A stretch of DNA of 62,413 bases, filler included, from Piptocephalis cylindrospora (taxonomy: Eukaryota): NCBI GenBank assembly GCA_003614145.1. It is 16 parts of 16 records of this genome, joined end to end, with 100 filler letters (N's around TTAATTAATTAA, not from the genome) between each part and the next. Parts side by side here need not be neighbours in the genome. Positions count along the whole stretch, not along the records: positions 1 to 3,864 come from KZ988614.1; positions 3,965 to 7,822 come from KZ988615.1; positions 7,923 to 11,762 come from KZ988616.1; 13 more parts are not named here. One strand, written 5' to 3'. The notes under the pieces are model-generated. The model saw nothing but the letters and a program-made list of their open reading frames with translations, did not search any database and was not told the DNA's origin. Below, in pieces: positions 1 through 11,862 of the stretch. The first letter of the stretch is position 1. Every line of letters begins with the position of its first letter. Position numbers and translations under genes: made by a program.

Positions 1-3000
1 GAGATGTTATCCTCGCCGAAATTTCTGTCCTTTTTTGGAAAGGTTTGTACAGATGACTCCTCCTGAGGGGGCTCATCCTGAGATATGTAGAAAGGATCTG
101 CTTTTTGCTGAAGTTGCCTCTCTTTCCGTTTCTAACAAGAAAAGTACAATTGAGCGGGATACACGTTAGTACAAAATTGAGGGGGTTTTTCCTATCAGTC
201 TCATTACTTACTCGTCTTTTCTCCTCCTCATCGACAGCCTGGCTTTCTTCTTGGGTCAACTTGGGCTTTTCCACACATTCCCAGAACCTATCGGTATCCA
301 GGTCGGAATCCACAAGGGAAGCAAGGGCAGATTGCTGACCCAGGACACTTTCCCCATCTAAATCTCCCTGACTCTCCTCCATATCCTCCCTTTCCTCTCG
401 ATCTTTCCAAGAGGTGTACCAATGCTTCATCCACTCTTGAACTTCCACCATACCTTGAGCATACGGAGCAACCGGATGGAGTGAAGGGGTAAGGAGGAGA
501 TCATGGATAATTTGGACCATTGCCCTCACTCTTTCTTGTCCCTCCTCCCCTACATCCTCCTGATCAATGACTTGCATAGCCTCGATGATAGTGGAATGAA
601 GGATGGACATGCAGATCTGGATCCTTCCTACCTCCCGTTCCAATCGACGGTCCATGGAGATGGGAAGGCCAATAAGGAGATGCTCTTCCCATGCCCCAAG
701 CGCCCTATCACTTAACATTAACCTGGGGAAGGAGGGAGTAATGGTGGTAGCCGGTCCATCTTCATCAAACACTTCATCAACCTTCTCCCGCACCCACCCA
801 ATCCAACACTTGCTCAAGGCATGGACCCAGGCGATCTGAACATCCACGGGTAACTTCCTTAAGGATCGAACCAGAACCTGGCGTTTATGATCCAAATCAT
901 CTTGGATCTCTGGAGAGGACAGAGAACTTTGGGTAAGGGAATGTATGGAAGGAAAGAGCAGACGGCTTTCATCCACCTCTTCGTCCGCTGCCTTCCCCCC
1001 AGGGGAAGTGTCATTCCAAGTGCTCTCTGAGGCTGACCCATACTCCCCAAGGACCAAGAGGCTTCCTTGAAGGACGCCAGGATCCCCCAAGGCCCAATCG
1101 TCCTCCTCCACATCGGCGAGCCATTCAAGGTACCCATCGGTCATTTCCTCCATCCATTGGATGCTCTGCTCAACACCTGGGCTCCCAAGGGGCTTAGTAA
1201 GGACTCGGGCCACAAGCTCAGCTGCCACCCTCTCCCCCACCCTTCCTTCGGGAAGGGCACGTACACGAGCAAGGCGACTCAAGGACCATTCAGTACAGCC
1301 ATCCCCGAGGAGATTTCCCACCTGGAGGACTTTACCAATGAGTCGAGTTCGATACCGGGCATCTAGATGGACGAGAGGCCGAGGGACCTGGGCCCTTCCT
1401 TCCCCGCCCACGCCGGTAGGGAAAGTGTAAGGAAGAAGCTGAGCCATCAACTGTTCCTGAATCCCGGTCCAGTCATACCCAGGGCCCTGATGAGGAAGAA
1501 ACGGTGAGTTTTTGCCCTCTTGGCTGACCCTCCTTCATTTTAATGAGACACAACGCACCATAGCCAAGAGCAGATCCAAAGCTCGGGTGCGGATACTAAG
1601 GTCGGGATCATCGAGGCAGGAGACGATGATATCATGGTGCATGGAAACGAGTCGTGGATACCTTTGTAGCATTTGGGCCATTGTGAGCATGGCAACATAC
1701 TTGAGATTGGGATCCTCATTCTCCAAGAGGAGTCGTAGCTTTTCTACGCAAATTTCGGCCAATTCTCTCCTGTCCCGTTCAGCAGCCTCCCCATCGTATA
1801 CTCCGCTCTGGGCCGAGGCATCAAGAAGACCACTAACCAATATGGTTTGGACGCACTCGTGCATAAGGGAGAGCGCTGGGGTGGTTTCCAGGAGCTGCCG
1901 GAGGGGGGAAGCCAATTTCTTGACCAGTCTAGGCTCCCTTTCCACCAAAGCACCAAACTAGATATGATGCACAGATGGGTTGAATGGGAAAGAACGAGGC
2001 ATTAGCGTTTTGGAATAGTGTCAAGCCCTTTTGTCTCTTGGACAGATTTCCAGCCAACTCTTACCAGTTTAACAATCTTGATGAGCATCCAATTGTTGGA
2101 GGAGGTGACGAGAAGGCGAAATAAGGGCGGAGCCAAAGGAAGACATAGAGAAGGGTACTTTTTAGCCAGTTCGCACACAACATTCACCACTACCCCAACA
2201 ACACCTAAATGAGAGAAGGAGTGGATAATGAGGAAAAGAGAAAGTGTAAAACCCCGCTCATCCCGATATACCTTTCACTTACCCTGATCAGTGTCCTCTA
2301 GATTTTGACAAAGTAGGGGAAAGAAGGGGTCCAGGAGCTCAGGGTGTTGAAGGCAACACTTGTACATGGTAATGGAAGCCCTTTTTCTCAACCGAATGTC
2401 CGGATGACTGAGCAGAGGTTGCATGTGAGGAGACAAATCTCTGGCTAGGTCCGGGGTAGCAATGTCAGCAAGGGTATTGAGCGCGACAGACACATTAACA
2501 GGATCATTGGACGAGATATCCTAAATGAATTGTTTGGTTTGGAATAAGGAGAGAAAGAGATGGGTTAGCTGCAATGGGTCAACAAGACATTCCAATTCTC
2601 GAATAAACCTTTTGAAGGAGATTGGTAGCCAGCATGAGGACCGAGGTATCCCGAGTAAAGGAGAGAGAGGCAGCTAAATATCCTAGACGTTTAGCTCGAA
2701 GTCGCGGCTGGGACATGACCTCCAAGATATGAAAACTAGCCCAGTCCATGCTGTAACCAAGCATTTGAAGCTGTAGGAGGGTATAGGGAATTATGATGAT
2801 GAGTTGCAGAGAGAGAGAGAGGAGTAGGGCTGGTTGACTAAAGCGGATTCACTCGCGATCCACGAAGGTGCTCCCACCAGACCTCCATCTTGGCCAACCA
2901 CATCTCTTCATGCGCCTGGTAAAGGCCCGCTCATCAGAGCTTTGGAAGGGAGGAAACCTACATATGAGATTTTGAGAACAGCCTGGGTCTTGAGGTCCAA

Positions 3001-3117
3001 GTCGGTACTGGAGAGTTCTTGTCGGCACTCATCAATGCAGCTAGCGACATACCGAGCTTCTGAGCGTCGATTGGCCCTCAGACCTTGGATGAGGTCGGTG
3101 AGGGACTTTTCAAACAT
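1..3117 (-). CDS. APL5: AP-3 adaptor complex delta subunit, multi-exon, 3' end beyond the window
   Basis: Exons MFEKSLTDLIQGLRAN..., LGYSMDWASFHILEVMSQP...KRLGYLAASLSF, ALNTLADIATPDLARDL, NNWMLIKIVKL, EPRLVKKL...DPNLKY...DLSIRTRALDLL are joined by GT-AG introns, and the frame stays open toward position 1. Confidence 0.93.
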
Positions 3118-3760
3118 GATTCAGGACCCAAGAGCGAGACGAGTTGAGGAAGGGGGTGTGAGAAGATGAGGAAGGGTAGGAGAAAGAGGCAGAGGGGGAC
3201 AAGAAAGGTGGGAGGAGCGGAGAAGTACTGGCGCTGTCGCGTACCTGGGATGGTCTTCCACTCATTGTGAAGGGCATACAAGGAGGAGGCTTGGGTGTGG
3301 AAAGGTGGATGCACGATTGTGTGGATGACGAAATGGGCCATGTTCACACATGCTAATGGGCGGTAATCCCCTGGACCTCCCTTAGTATCGCGATATGTCA
3401 GTATAATTTTTGCCAGTGACCTGGATGGATAAAACCCCATGAGAAATAAGGTGAAGTGAGGGCAAAGACAGATGGATGCAAGAGCCATATATTTTCAGTT
3501 ATGAGCAAGTTGTAAAAATTCGTGTTGCTCCTCGAGAACGCAAATGGTAACACTGAAGCTGATATTTGGTCTTTACATCCATGACGATGATAACGATGAC
3601 GACAATAATACCATTATATTTTCCCTCAATCGGGCTGAATGATGGATATTCAAGCACATCGCACGTTTTAGTGATCAGTATATCCCTGGCGAACGTTCCT
3701 TCAGGTGAAGATGGGCCTTAGGTGTCTGTAGCATCCATGAAGATCTTTGTATAGGGTCCA

Positions 3761-3864
3761 CGTCGGGGACCTAGTCCCTGGTACCACGTATGCCGACCCT
3801 TGGGTGGGTACTGTGTTCGGACATTCCTATTGCCTGCCCCACTTGGGGATAATAGAACGGTTTT
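3761..3864 (+). mobile_element. SINE-like structured repeat, copy A (runs into the contig end)
   Basis: About 90% identical by eye to the reverse complement of 26437-26546. Confidence 0.7.
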
Positions 3865-3964
3865 NNNNNNNNNNNNNNNNNNNNNNNNNNNNNNNNNNNN
3901 NNNNNNNNTTAATTAATTAANNNNNNNNNNNNNNNNNNNNNNNNNNNNNNNNNNNNNNNNNNNN
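3865..3964. other. Artificial contig spacer; the same spacer recurs at about 7823, 11763, 15702, 19627, 23443, 27367, 31289, 35202, 39105, 43005, 46889, 50773, 54656 and 58539
   Basis: N runs flank TTAATTAATTAA, which has stops in all six frames. Confidence 0.99.
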
Positions 3965-4875
3965 GGAGGTAGATCAAGAAGTAGGGCAGAATTGGATAGA
4001 AAGTGGGCGAGAGAATTGAGGGGCAGCCAAGTTGATCCCCATCCTACTCGTGATTTTCCTCAAAGTACGGGGGTAAGGACCCCCGTAATTCAAGGAGTTC
4101 TCCGACTATATCCGTTCTCATCGTCCTTTTTCTAAAAATGATTGGACAGTGCAGAGTATAATCTGCACGGTATGAGCGAGGCCGACATTCATGAGATGGG
4201 GAGATGGAGATTGTCTCTAGCGGACTAGATGCTTATTAAAGGAAGTTAAATATATCTCGGCATGCAGCAAAGGGTTTGTATTTCTCAAAAATAGGAAATT
4301 CAATAATAACAACAGAAATCAAAACGTGTTATCACTGGCCATGGGAAAAAGTATGCTCTGTTGCTGGAAATGAGATGGGATACTTCAAGGAACTTCCTCT
4401 GGGTACAGGACGGCTTGGCGGCGCATTCTTGTCAAGGTAAATGTTAACGTATCCTTTATTGATCCTGGATTGCCTAATGGGGAATACTCCATAATACTTT
4501 TGTCTCGGTATATACTTTCTAAGCCACAATCAGGCTATCTTACTTTAGGAGGCAAGTCAAGGTGATCGACCAGTCCTGTTGTTATTAGCTCCTAAGTATG
4601 GGCAGTGCCAGGTAGACGTGCATAGAATGACACAAGGCTGATCGGAGTTGGCATGGAAAGGGTCTTGATGTGGACGACCTTTTAAGCCCCGCCGTATCTG
4701 TATGGGCTCTTTGAACATCGTGCCCATACGCCTAGTCCTACTTTTGGTTCTATGCCTCTTTTCCTTTCCTCCTTTTCCTCTCCTTATTAGAGGTATTACT
4801 CACATCTATCCTTCACGACCTCATTGTTTTCACCCACTTTCTATCCAATTCTGCCCTACTTCTTGATCTACCTCC
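3965..4875. repeat. 43-bp inverted duplication at the contig start (3965-4007 vs 4833-4875), probable amplification chimera
   Basis: Perfect reverse-complement match that begins exactly at the contig end. Confidence 0.85.
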
Positions 4876-5012
4876 CTCTCCCCCTTCTCTCTATTTCTGC
4901 TTCCCTTCTCCCCTCCTCCATGGACCGACAATTCTAATCTGTCCAGTAACGTCCTTCTGCTCCTCCGTTTGACTTTGACCTCTTAGCACCTCCTTGTGAA
5001 GAATAGCCTTGA

Positions 5013-5633
5013 ATGATCGATCCAACAGACCCTACCATGGCGGCCCTTCTCCACGGCCTTTTGGCCATGACCATCTCCCTGGGGACGCTGGGGATGGTGG
5101 TGATCCTTCTGTGGTTCTTCCAGTACATGTCCCTACGTGCCCATCTACGACGGGCACAGAGACCGGAAATGTTGATGCGGGGACGTGCTGCCACCCTAAC
5201 CTATTCTTGGATCATCCCAGATACAGAGTGGATGGCATGGAGACACCGCGCTCACACTTGGGATCCTGCCCCGCCCTACCTTCCGGACTTGGAGCAGGGT
5301 CATCCTATCTCTTCGCCTATACCATCCTCATCTTCCCCTCCTCTACCACCCTTGCCTCACCCACCTTCCCATAGCTCCTCCCTGACCCAGGGTACTTTAC
5401 CTCCCACATACGACTCTATTTGGAGAGAGGATTATCTACTTCGTCGACCCTCAGCCCAGGACTTTATGCCCATACCATCCTCTTCAGCCCCATCTCCTTC
5501 TTCGCCTTCGCCCCCATCCTGCTCGAGATCCGTTCGACCCTCCCTGTCAGGATCTCCCTTGAATGATACTGGACGACGGGCCTTTGTCCCACGCCGTGCA
5601 TCCCATCCCTCTTCCCCCTCCTTGCCTCCTTGA
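5013..5633 (+). CDS. Single-pass membrane protein with PY motifs and a Pro/Ser-rich tail
   Basis: 206-aa ORF with hydrophobic segment LLAMTISLGTLGMVVILLWFFQYM and motifs APPY and PPTY. Confidence 0.6.
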   Translation: MIDPTDPTMAALLHGLLAMTISLGTLGMVVILLWFFQYMSLRAHLRRAQRPEMLMRGRAATLTYSWIIPDTEWMAWRHRAHTWDPAPPYLPDLEQGHPISSPIPSSSSPPLPPLPHPPSHSSSLTQGTLPPTYDSIWREDYLLRRPSAQDFMPIPSSSAPSPSSPSPPSCSRSVRPSLSGSPLNDTGRRAFVPRRASHPSSPSLPP

Positions 5634-5938
5634 TTAAACATTCGCCGAGGCCATCCCTTCTCACTCATTCTCTCGGCCCATCTCATTATGTGTCCTTAAG
5701 CTTTCATGTCTCGTCTTCCACCCAAAAAAGATTTAGTGTATGTTTCCACCCTATAAACATCAGTTGTATGCATGCTTCATCCGGTGTGAAATCAAAAAAA
5801 AAACAGAGGTAGAGAAGAAACATGTACTAAAGCGTGCAAGGCTAACAACACACTACACAAATCACAGTCCCGTCCATCAGCAATAATCACTACCCTATAC
5901 CTAAAAACAATACTCCAATCGATCCTGACTCCCATCCA

Positions 5939-6640
5939 TCATCCCCTCAACCCACCGCCTCCTCCGCCAAACCGTCCTCCTCGACTTGGACTGTCATCTT
6001 CGTCCTCATCTCGATAGCCGCGATATCGCTTAAAATGGTGTCCTTCTTCCATTTCCTTATCCATTTCTTCTTTTTCCGCCGGGGCAGCAGGGGGATACGT
6101 ATGGGATTCACGGAACCCACCATGACCCCAGCCCCGTTTCTGACCAACGATCTGAGCATTTTGGGAGGATGTCCCTGTTGGAGGCATCTGGGGAGTTGGG
6201 GGGGTAAAGGTGAACTCGGCATCACCAAACAGGGCCTTGGTGTGAGCGGTGAAGGAGCCATCTCTTCGCTGAAGCGAATCATGCTTGGATCGAATGTATC
6301 CCAAGAGCTCCTCAGCAGCGATCATTCTTTCCCCTGATGCATTAGAGGATCCCGATGAGGCAGAGGACCCGGGAATGGAAAAAGGGCTAAAGTGAGGCAT
6401 GGCATCCAGAAGATCCTGCAAGCACTGTTCGTAGCCTCTGGCATACGCATTTTCTGAGTGGACCAGAGATTCCTTGTACAGCTGTGTTACAGTTCGGGCA
6501 GCATTACGAAAGGTATGTTGCAGTGCTGTGGTGGGATCGAGGACGGGGGTTGCGCTCTGAGGGTTTCCCGAGCCAGAAGGATCTACTGAGGAAGCAGATT
6601 GACCTGTCTGTGTATGGGGTTGATGGCCGGAGGGATCCAT
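5939..6640 (-). CDS. HAPSTR1/C16orf72 (yeast YJR056C)-like protein
   Basis: 233-aa ORF; FRNAARTVTQLYKES...AYARGYEQCLQDLL resembles the family helix pair; basic NLS-like KR motifs. Confidence 0.55.
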   Translation of the reverse strand: MDPSGHQPHTQTGQSASSVDPSGSGNPQSATPVLDPTTALQHTFRNAARTVTQLYKESLVHSENAYARGYEQCLQDLLDAMPHFSPFSIPGSSASSGSSNASGERMIAAEELLGYIRSKHDSLQRRDGSFTAHTKALFGDAEFTFTPPTPQMPPTGTSSQNAQIVGQKRGWGHGGFRESHTYPPAAPAEKEEMDKEMEEGHHFKRYRGYRDEDEDDSPSRGGRFGGGGGGLRG

Positions 6641-7922
6641 GGGGGTAGAGGAGAGGATTGATGGAGAGAAGGGCCGATGCTTGATGAGAAGAGGAGGATG
6701 GGCAGATGCAATGCGGTTGGGGGAGGGAAGGATAAAGAAGGATGAGCTGAGAGGAGAAGAGGGGTGAGACGTTGTTTAGGTAGGGAAGGAGAAGGGGGAG
6801 GGATATGGAATAGAGGTCATAACATCGTCGATGCCCCTCTCCTCTTCCTAGTCACTCTTTTCCCATTTTGGAGAGGAGAGTCCTTGATGTCCATTTAGAT
6901 CCCTGTGTGACTGGAAGGCATGAGTGTGTGAAGGCAAAGTGAGGTGGGTGTGGTATGTATCATCCCCCTTGCCACACTCAGCAAAACACCATTTGTAATT
7001 ACAGTCCTAGGTTTGATACTAAGACATGCAAAACATTATTTAGCCACCAAAGGAATTTACGAAATACCATATTTTTCGGGTTGGAAAGTTTATTGTCTTA
7101 TGGGAAATTACCCAAGGGACAGGAAAATGCCACATTGATAGTGCCATGATATATATATATATATATATATACCAAAATGACGTTTTTGGCTCGGTTTCGA
7201 ATTTGATGGCGGGCTGTAAGCCTGTCCTCATCTCAACCTGTCTACCCTTCAATGCATCATCTCTCTTTTCTCCTACCCCAGCCTCCTGTGGGAAGATGCT
7301 ACTACTACTATCATCACTACCGTTGCCACTACTGCTTACTTGCTACGGCTTGGAATGAGCGTAGTCCATCACACTTTCCTCATCACTCGCCCTGCATCAT
7401 TTACCATCCCCATTCATCTCCTCTTTCCCCTTCCCCCAGTCCATCAGGCTATGGGTATGGCGTCATCTGTATAGGCAAAGTATCTTCCATCTCAGTCACT
7501 CTTCCAGTCTAACTATCATCATCCTCCCCAACTCTCCCCCACACATGCACACTTCTGCCCTCTGACTACCAGCGGGGCGGGGAGCGGAGACAAGGTCTGC
7601 ACACAGCCTTCTTCTTCACTTGCCCCCCCCCCCCCCCCCCCCCCCCCTAAAACGACGTTTTTGGTATTTTTAAAAATTTTTTTGGGGGTAAAAAAAAAGA
7701 GAGAAAAGAAGATGGGGGGGGAGAGGCGACCCACCCCCCGGCAAAAAAACAAAAAATCTTTGGGGGCGGGGGGGGGGGGGGGAGGAAGGGAAGTGGAGCT
7801 ATAGATTTAGAAGCGGTCAAGGNNNNNNNNNNNNNNNNNNNNNNNNNNNNNNNNNNNNNNNNNNNNTTAATTAATTAANNNNNNNNNNNNNNNNNNNNNN
7901 NNNNNNNNNNNNNNNNNNNNNN

Positions 7923-8937
7923 AAGATGCCAGGCATCACTTTCTCTCTGGAGATGATCCGGACGAAGCGGGCGAGGGTCTAACCACCAGTCTAGCCAAGT
8001 TGAGTGAGAGGCTATGGAGAAGGGACCCTTCCCTAAGATATAACTTGGTATGTTGATGAGGGAAGTGACATTAGAAGGATTAGCGACTCTTTCTCATGCA
8101 TTCATGATATTATGATAGAGGGAGAAAAAGGTGGAACCTCAGTTTTACGCAGCTCGATGGTGTTCATGTCTTTGTACCCTAGATTGGTCTCTGCCTCAGG
8201 TGTTCCGGATTTGGGACGCACTGTTTGCCGATCCTGAACGAGGAAAGGATGGGAAAGATGGATTTCCCTTTCTGGCCGACTTTTGCTGTGCCATGCTCAT
8301 GTAAGTGCTGGGTAGGAGGGATGAGGGATTTGGTGGTTGGCCTCCTCATGAATTTCTTTGCCCTGATGTCGATAGAACTATTCGGGAGCCCCTGATGAAT
8401 GGGTCCTTTGATGAGAATATCATTTTGCTAGAGGTAGACTAATATCTTTTTGCCTGATGCTGCATCCCTATCCTCACCCTTCTCTCTCTCTCTTTCTTTC
8501 TGGTGTAGGATTACCCGTTTCATAAAGTGGAACAAGTACTGGAGAAAGCCGTGGAGGTGCGGAGACAGTGCCATGAGGAGGAGAAGGCTGAAGAAAATGA
8601 AGCTCTTGTGGGGATGGGGGCAGTGATGGCGGAAACGGTGAAGGAGACGACAGCAGCCGCCTCTGGCTTTTTTGGTCGTCTACGATCCCTGACTGTATCT
8701 TTGACCGGGGGCTCCCTGTCAAGTGAGGTCAGCTCTACGGCTACAGCGCCTCCGCCTCTTCCACCCCTCCCGCCCATGCCCACCTCCTCCCTCTACCCTG
8801 TACCTCCTACCCGGACCAAGAGCGCCATGGGCCGACCCAAGATGGAGGTGGAGGAGCCGCTGGGGGAGGATGATACCTACCTTGACTGGGATATGCCACG
8901 ACGAGGTGATCGATCGCGCACCCGGACCATTCGGTAG
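7923..8937 (+). CDS. TBC (Rab-GAP) domain protein, TBC1D13-like, 3' part
   Basis: Spliced exons VEPQFYAARWCSCLCTLDWSLPQVFRIWDALFAD, FLADFCCAML, IREPLMNGSFDENIILLE and DYP. Confidence 0.8.
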
Positions 8938-9550
8938 AGGGAGGGTGGCGTGATGGGTTTTCACGTGGTGACGTGAATGTGTTCGACATTGATGATGATG
9001 ACTCTACGAACTTATTCAATGCATCAACAATGTCAATACTTTCATCCCGAGTTGATTAGCATAACAATCCCTTCCCGGGCTATTTCTACAACGACATCAA
9101 ACCTGTCATTCTTATTATTATCTGTAATCTATCGCTTGAAACCATGGTTGGAGTGTCATGTCCAAACATTCCTTGTCAAGTTAAGCCTGGTCAAAATATC
9201 ATGCGAACGTGATCATGTAATTGACCTCGCCTTCGCCGCCCACACCATGCACATCTATACTGAGGGGATCCTGACGTTGTCAAGGAAGCTGTCAGGGTCT
9301 GGTGGCAGTATGACCCGTCCCATTTCATCTCTAATATGTCCATATAGACTGCTCACCGTCACATCCAGGCTCTACATTGGTCATCTCTCTTTATTCCAGC
9401 GCTATATAAACTCCCAGGTTCTCGGACTCCGTCGACTCATCCAGTCTCTTCTAACCTCGCTTTTTCTCTCTCTCTCTCTCCCACTGCCAAAATACCCCTT
9501 ACCCCTTCTTACTCTCATTACAAGCCAACTCACTACTCCTTAAAACATCC

Positions 9551-11762
9551 ATGAGTAAAACCTCTATCTTTTTCTTTCTACTCACCGTTGCCTGTTGGGT
9601 TTACGCTGCCCGACTATACTTTCAAGCCACCGAGGATCTTCGACCCACCTCAGCCTTCTCTTCCACTACCACCAATCACCATTCCTTACCCCAGCCTAGA
9701 TGGTCAGAGAGAAAGGCTGGAGCGGACCAAGGTCCAGTTATGGACGATGCCCCGTCCAATCTGTTTACCTTTATTCACATATCCGATATTCACGTTAGTC
9801 GGTTCCACAAGGCGGGGGGCAGGGCTCACCTGGCTCACTTCCTCCGTCATACCCTTCGACGGCACGGGCCGGCCTTTGTGGTGGCTACGGGTGATTTAAC
9901 AGACGCCAAGGATCAGGCTCAGATGGGAGGCCGGCAGGATGAAGGGGAGTGGCAAGCGTACCGCGGATTACTGCAGCGAGCGGGAGTCCTGGACCGAAGA
10001 AATGGTGATTTTTGGCGCGATTTACGGGGAAACCACGATTGCTTCTCCGTCCCCACCTGGACTTCCCCAGCCAACCACTTTCCTCAGTACTCGGCATCGG
10101 GGAAGGCGGCATGGTCGGCTGTGGAGGATATGGGGTTCGGACAGTATGGATTCATCGCTGTGGATGGATGTCCGGATCGAGGAGCGACTCGGATGCTCAA
10201 CTTCTTTGGTTTACTCCCCCGACCTGCTATGACCACGTTGGCTCGACAGGTGGATGAGCTGGCCCCGATCACCAATCACACCTTTTTCCTCTCCCATTAC
10301 CCGGCCTCCACGACCCGATATGCTCATGCCCAGGACGGCCGGACCTTTGGGGATCTGGCCGCCAAAGGCATCTCCCTAGGCCTATGTGGTCACCTTCATC
10401 GACTAGCCGGTGGACTGGGGGATCGGCTTCAGGCTTACCATGCAGCTGGAGACTGGCTGGAGCTGGAGTTACCTGATCTCAAGCTCACATCCTCTTATCG
10501 GGTCATCGCTGTGGACCATGATATGATTTCCTATACGGATAATCAGCTATTTCCCCTAGGCCAACCATTGCTCGTTGACCGGACCCTCGAAGAAGATAGG
10601 GATGGGAAGGAAAAGGAAATTAAATTGTCCAAGGGAGCGGATTCAGGCTATTCAGAGCCCCCGGTAGTCCTCATCACCAACCCCAAAGAGGCCAGTCTTA
10701 TCCTCCCTCATAAGGAACCTATCTGGCGGATTCAGAAGTCCACGCACATCCGTGCTCTTGTGTGGCCAGGAGAGGGGAGAAGGATTGTCCGGGTGATGGC
10801 CCATATCCCGGGTAAGGAACCCGTCGAGATGCACTATTCTGGCAAGGGGTCTCAGGAAAGCTGGGAGAAGGAAGATGGGGAGGGTTATTTGCCCCTCTGG
10901 ACCGTGGCATGGAATCCCAAGGAGCTTGGCCCGATGGACAGAGTTCACTCACTACTCATTCGTGCCGAGGATGATACCGGGGTAGTGGGAGAGGGCAGCG
11001 TAGAATTCCGGGTAGATGGGGCCAGGGAGCCCTTAGATGCTGGATGGCTGAGCCACTGGGTTATCCATGCGAACTTTGACAAGGTCATTCCCTTGGCCTT
11101 TCTCTCCATCTACCTTCCCATCATGATCTTGCTTCTCCTCGCCCGATGCTCCCTTCCCTCACAGAACCCTCAGGGGTTTGTATCTCTTCGGGGAAGGGAG
11201 CTGAAAGTAGCCTGGTCCTCCTCCCCTTCTTCTTTCTTTAATGCACTCTATATGGCCCCGAGAATCTACTGGCACCGGGCCCAAGCCATTGCTTGTACTC
11301 CTAAATTCTTCCTTCCCATCTTCGTCTATGGACTTCTCTTGCCCATCGCCCCATGGTACGGTGGAGATATTTTTGCTGGACAGGGGCCTCAACGGGCCTG
11401 GGTCTACCTAATGGGAGCATGGGTAGAGGGCCGATGGGTCCCAGTTCTAGATACATGGGCCCAGGGCTGGGTAGGGCTCGCTCTGTCCTGGGTTCCTGTG
11501 GTCTGGGGAGCTGGCGCGGGGGCAGCCATGCAACTTGGTCCGGCTCCCTGGGCCTCCTGGATCTACGGACCCTGGGCCAAGGCCTGGTTGGGTGGAGCCA
11601 CGCTCTTTAGGGGCCTGCTCCTTCTCCCAACGGCCTATACTCTTGGGTGGTGGGTCATCCCCACAGGGCTTGTCGGTCTATGGTGGTGGATTATGGAGGT
11701 AGCCCTGGTGTATTGGAGCGTTCGTCGAGTTCCTGGGGCTTTTGTGTCTGGAACTGGGAAGG
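9551..11762 (+). CDS. TMEM62: TMEM62-like metallophosphoesterase membrane protein, cut at the contig end
   Basis: Motifs HISDIHVS, TGDLTDAK, GNHD, SHYP, CGHLH and LELEL, plus C-terminal TM helices. Confidence 0.88.
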
Positions 11763-11862
11763 NNNNNNNNNNNNNNNNNNNNNNNNNNNNNNNNNNNNNN
11801 NNNNNNTTAATTAATTAANNNNNNNNNNNNNNNNNNNNNNNNNNNNNNNNNNNNNNNNNNNN

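Noticed and set aside
3761..3864. Repeat element as U1 snRNA, 5S rRNA, C/D snoRNA, hammerhead or HDV ribozyme
   Set aside because: Only short chance-level motif matches; no Sm site, canonical D box or catalytic core could be fitted
4066..4087. Hairpin TACGGGGG-TAAGGA-CCCCCGTA as a Helitron 3' end
   Set aside because: No CTRR terminus follows and no second copy was found
7620..7822. Poly-C/poly-G rich contig end (also 38960-39104 and about 62260-62320)
   Set aside because: Pattern of low-quality reads after homopolymers
8977..9543. 188-aa ORF upstream of TMEM62
   Set aside because: Non-ATG start, no motifs, overlaps the likely TATA and 5' UTR
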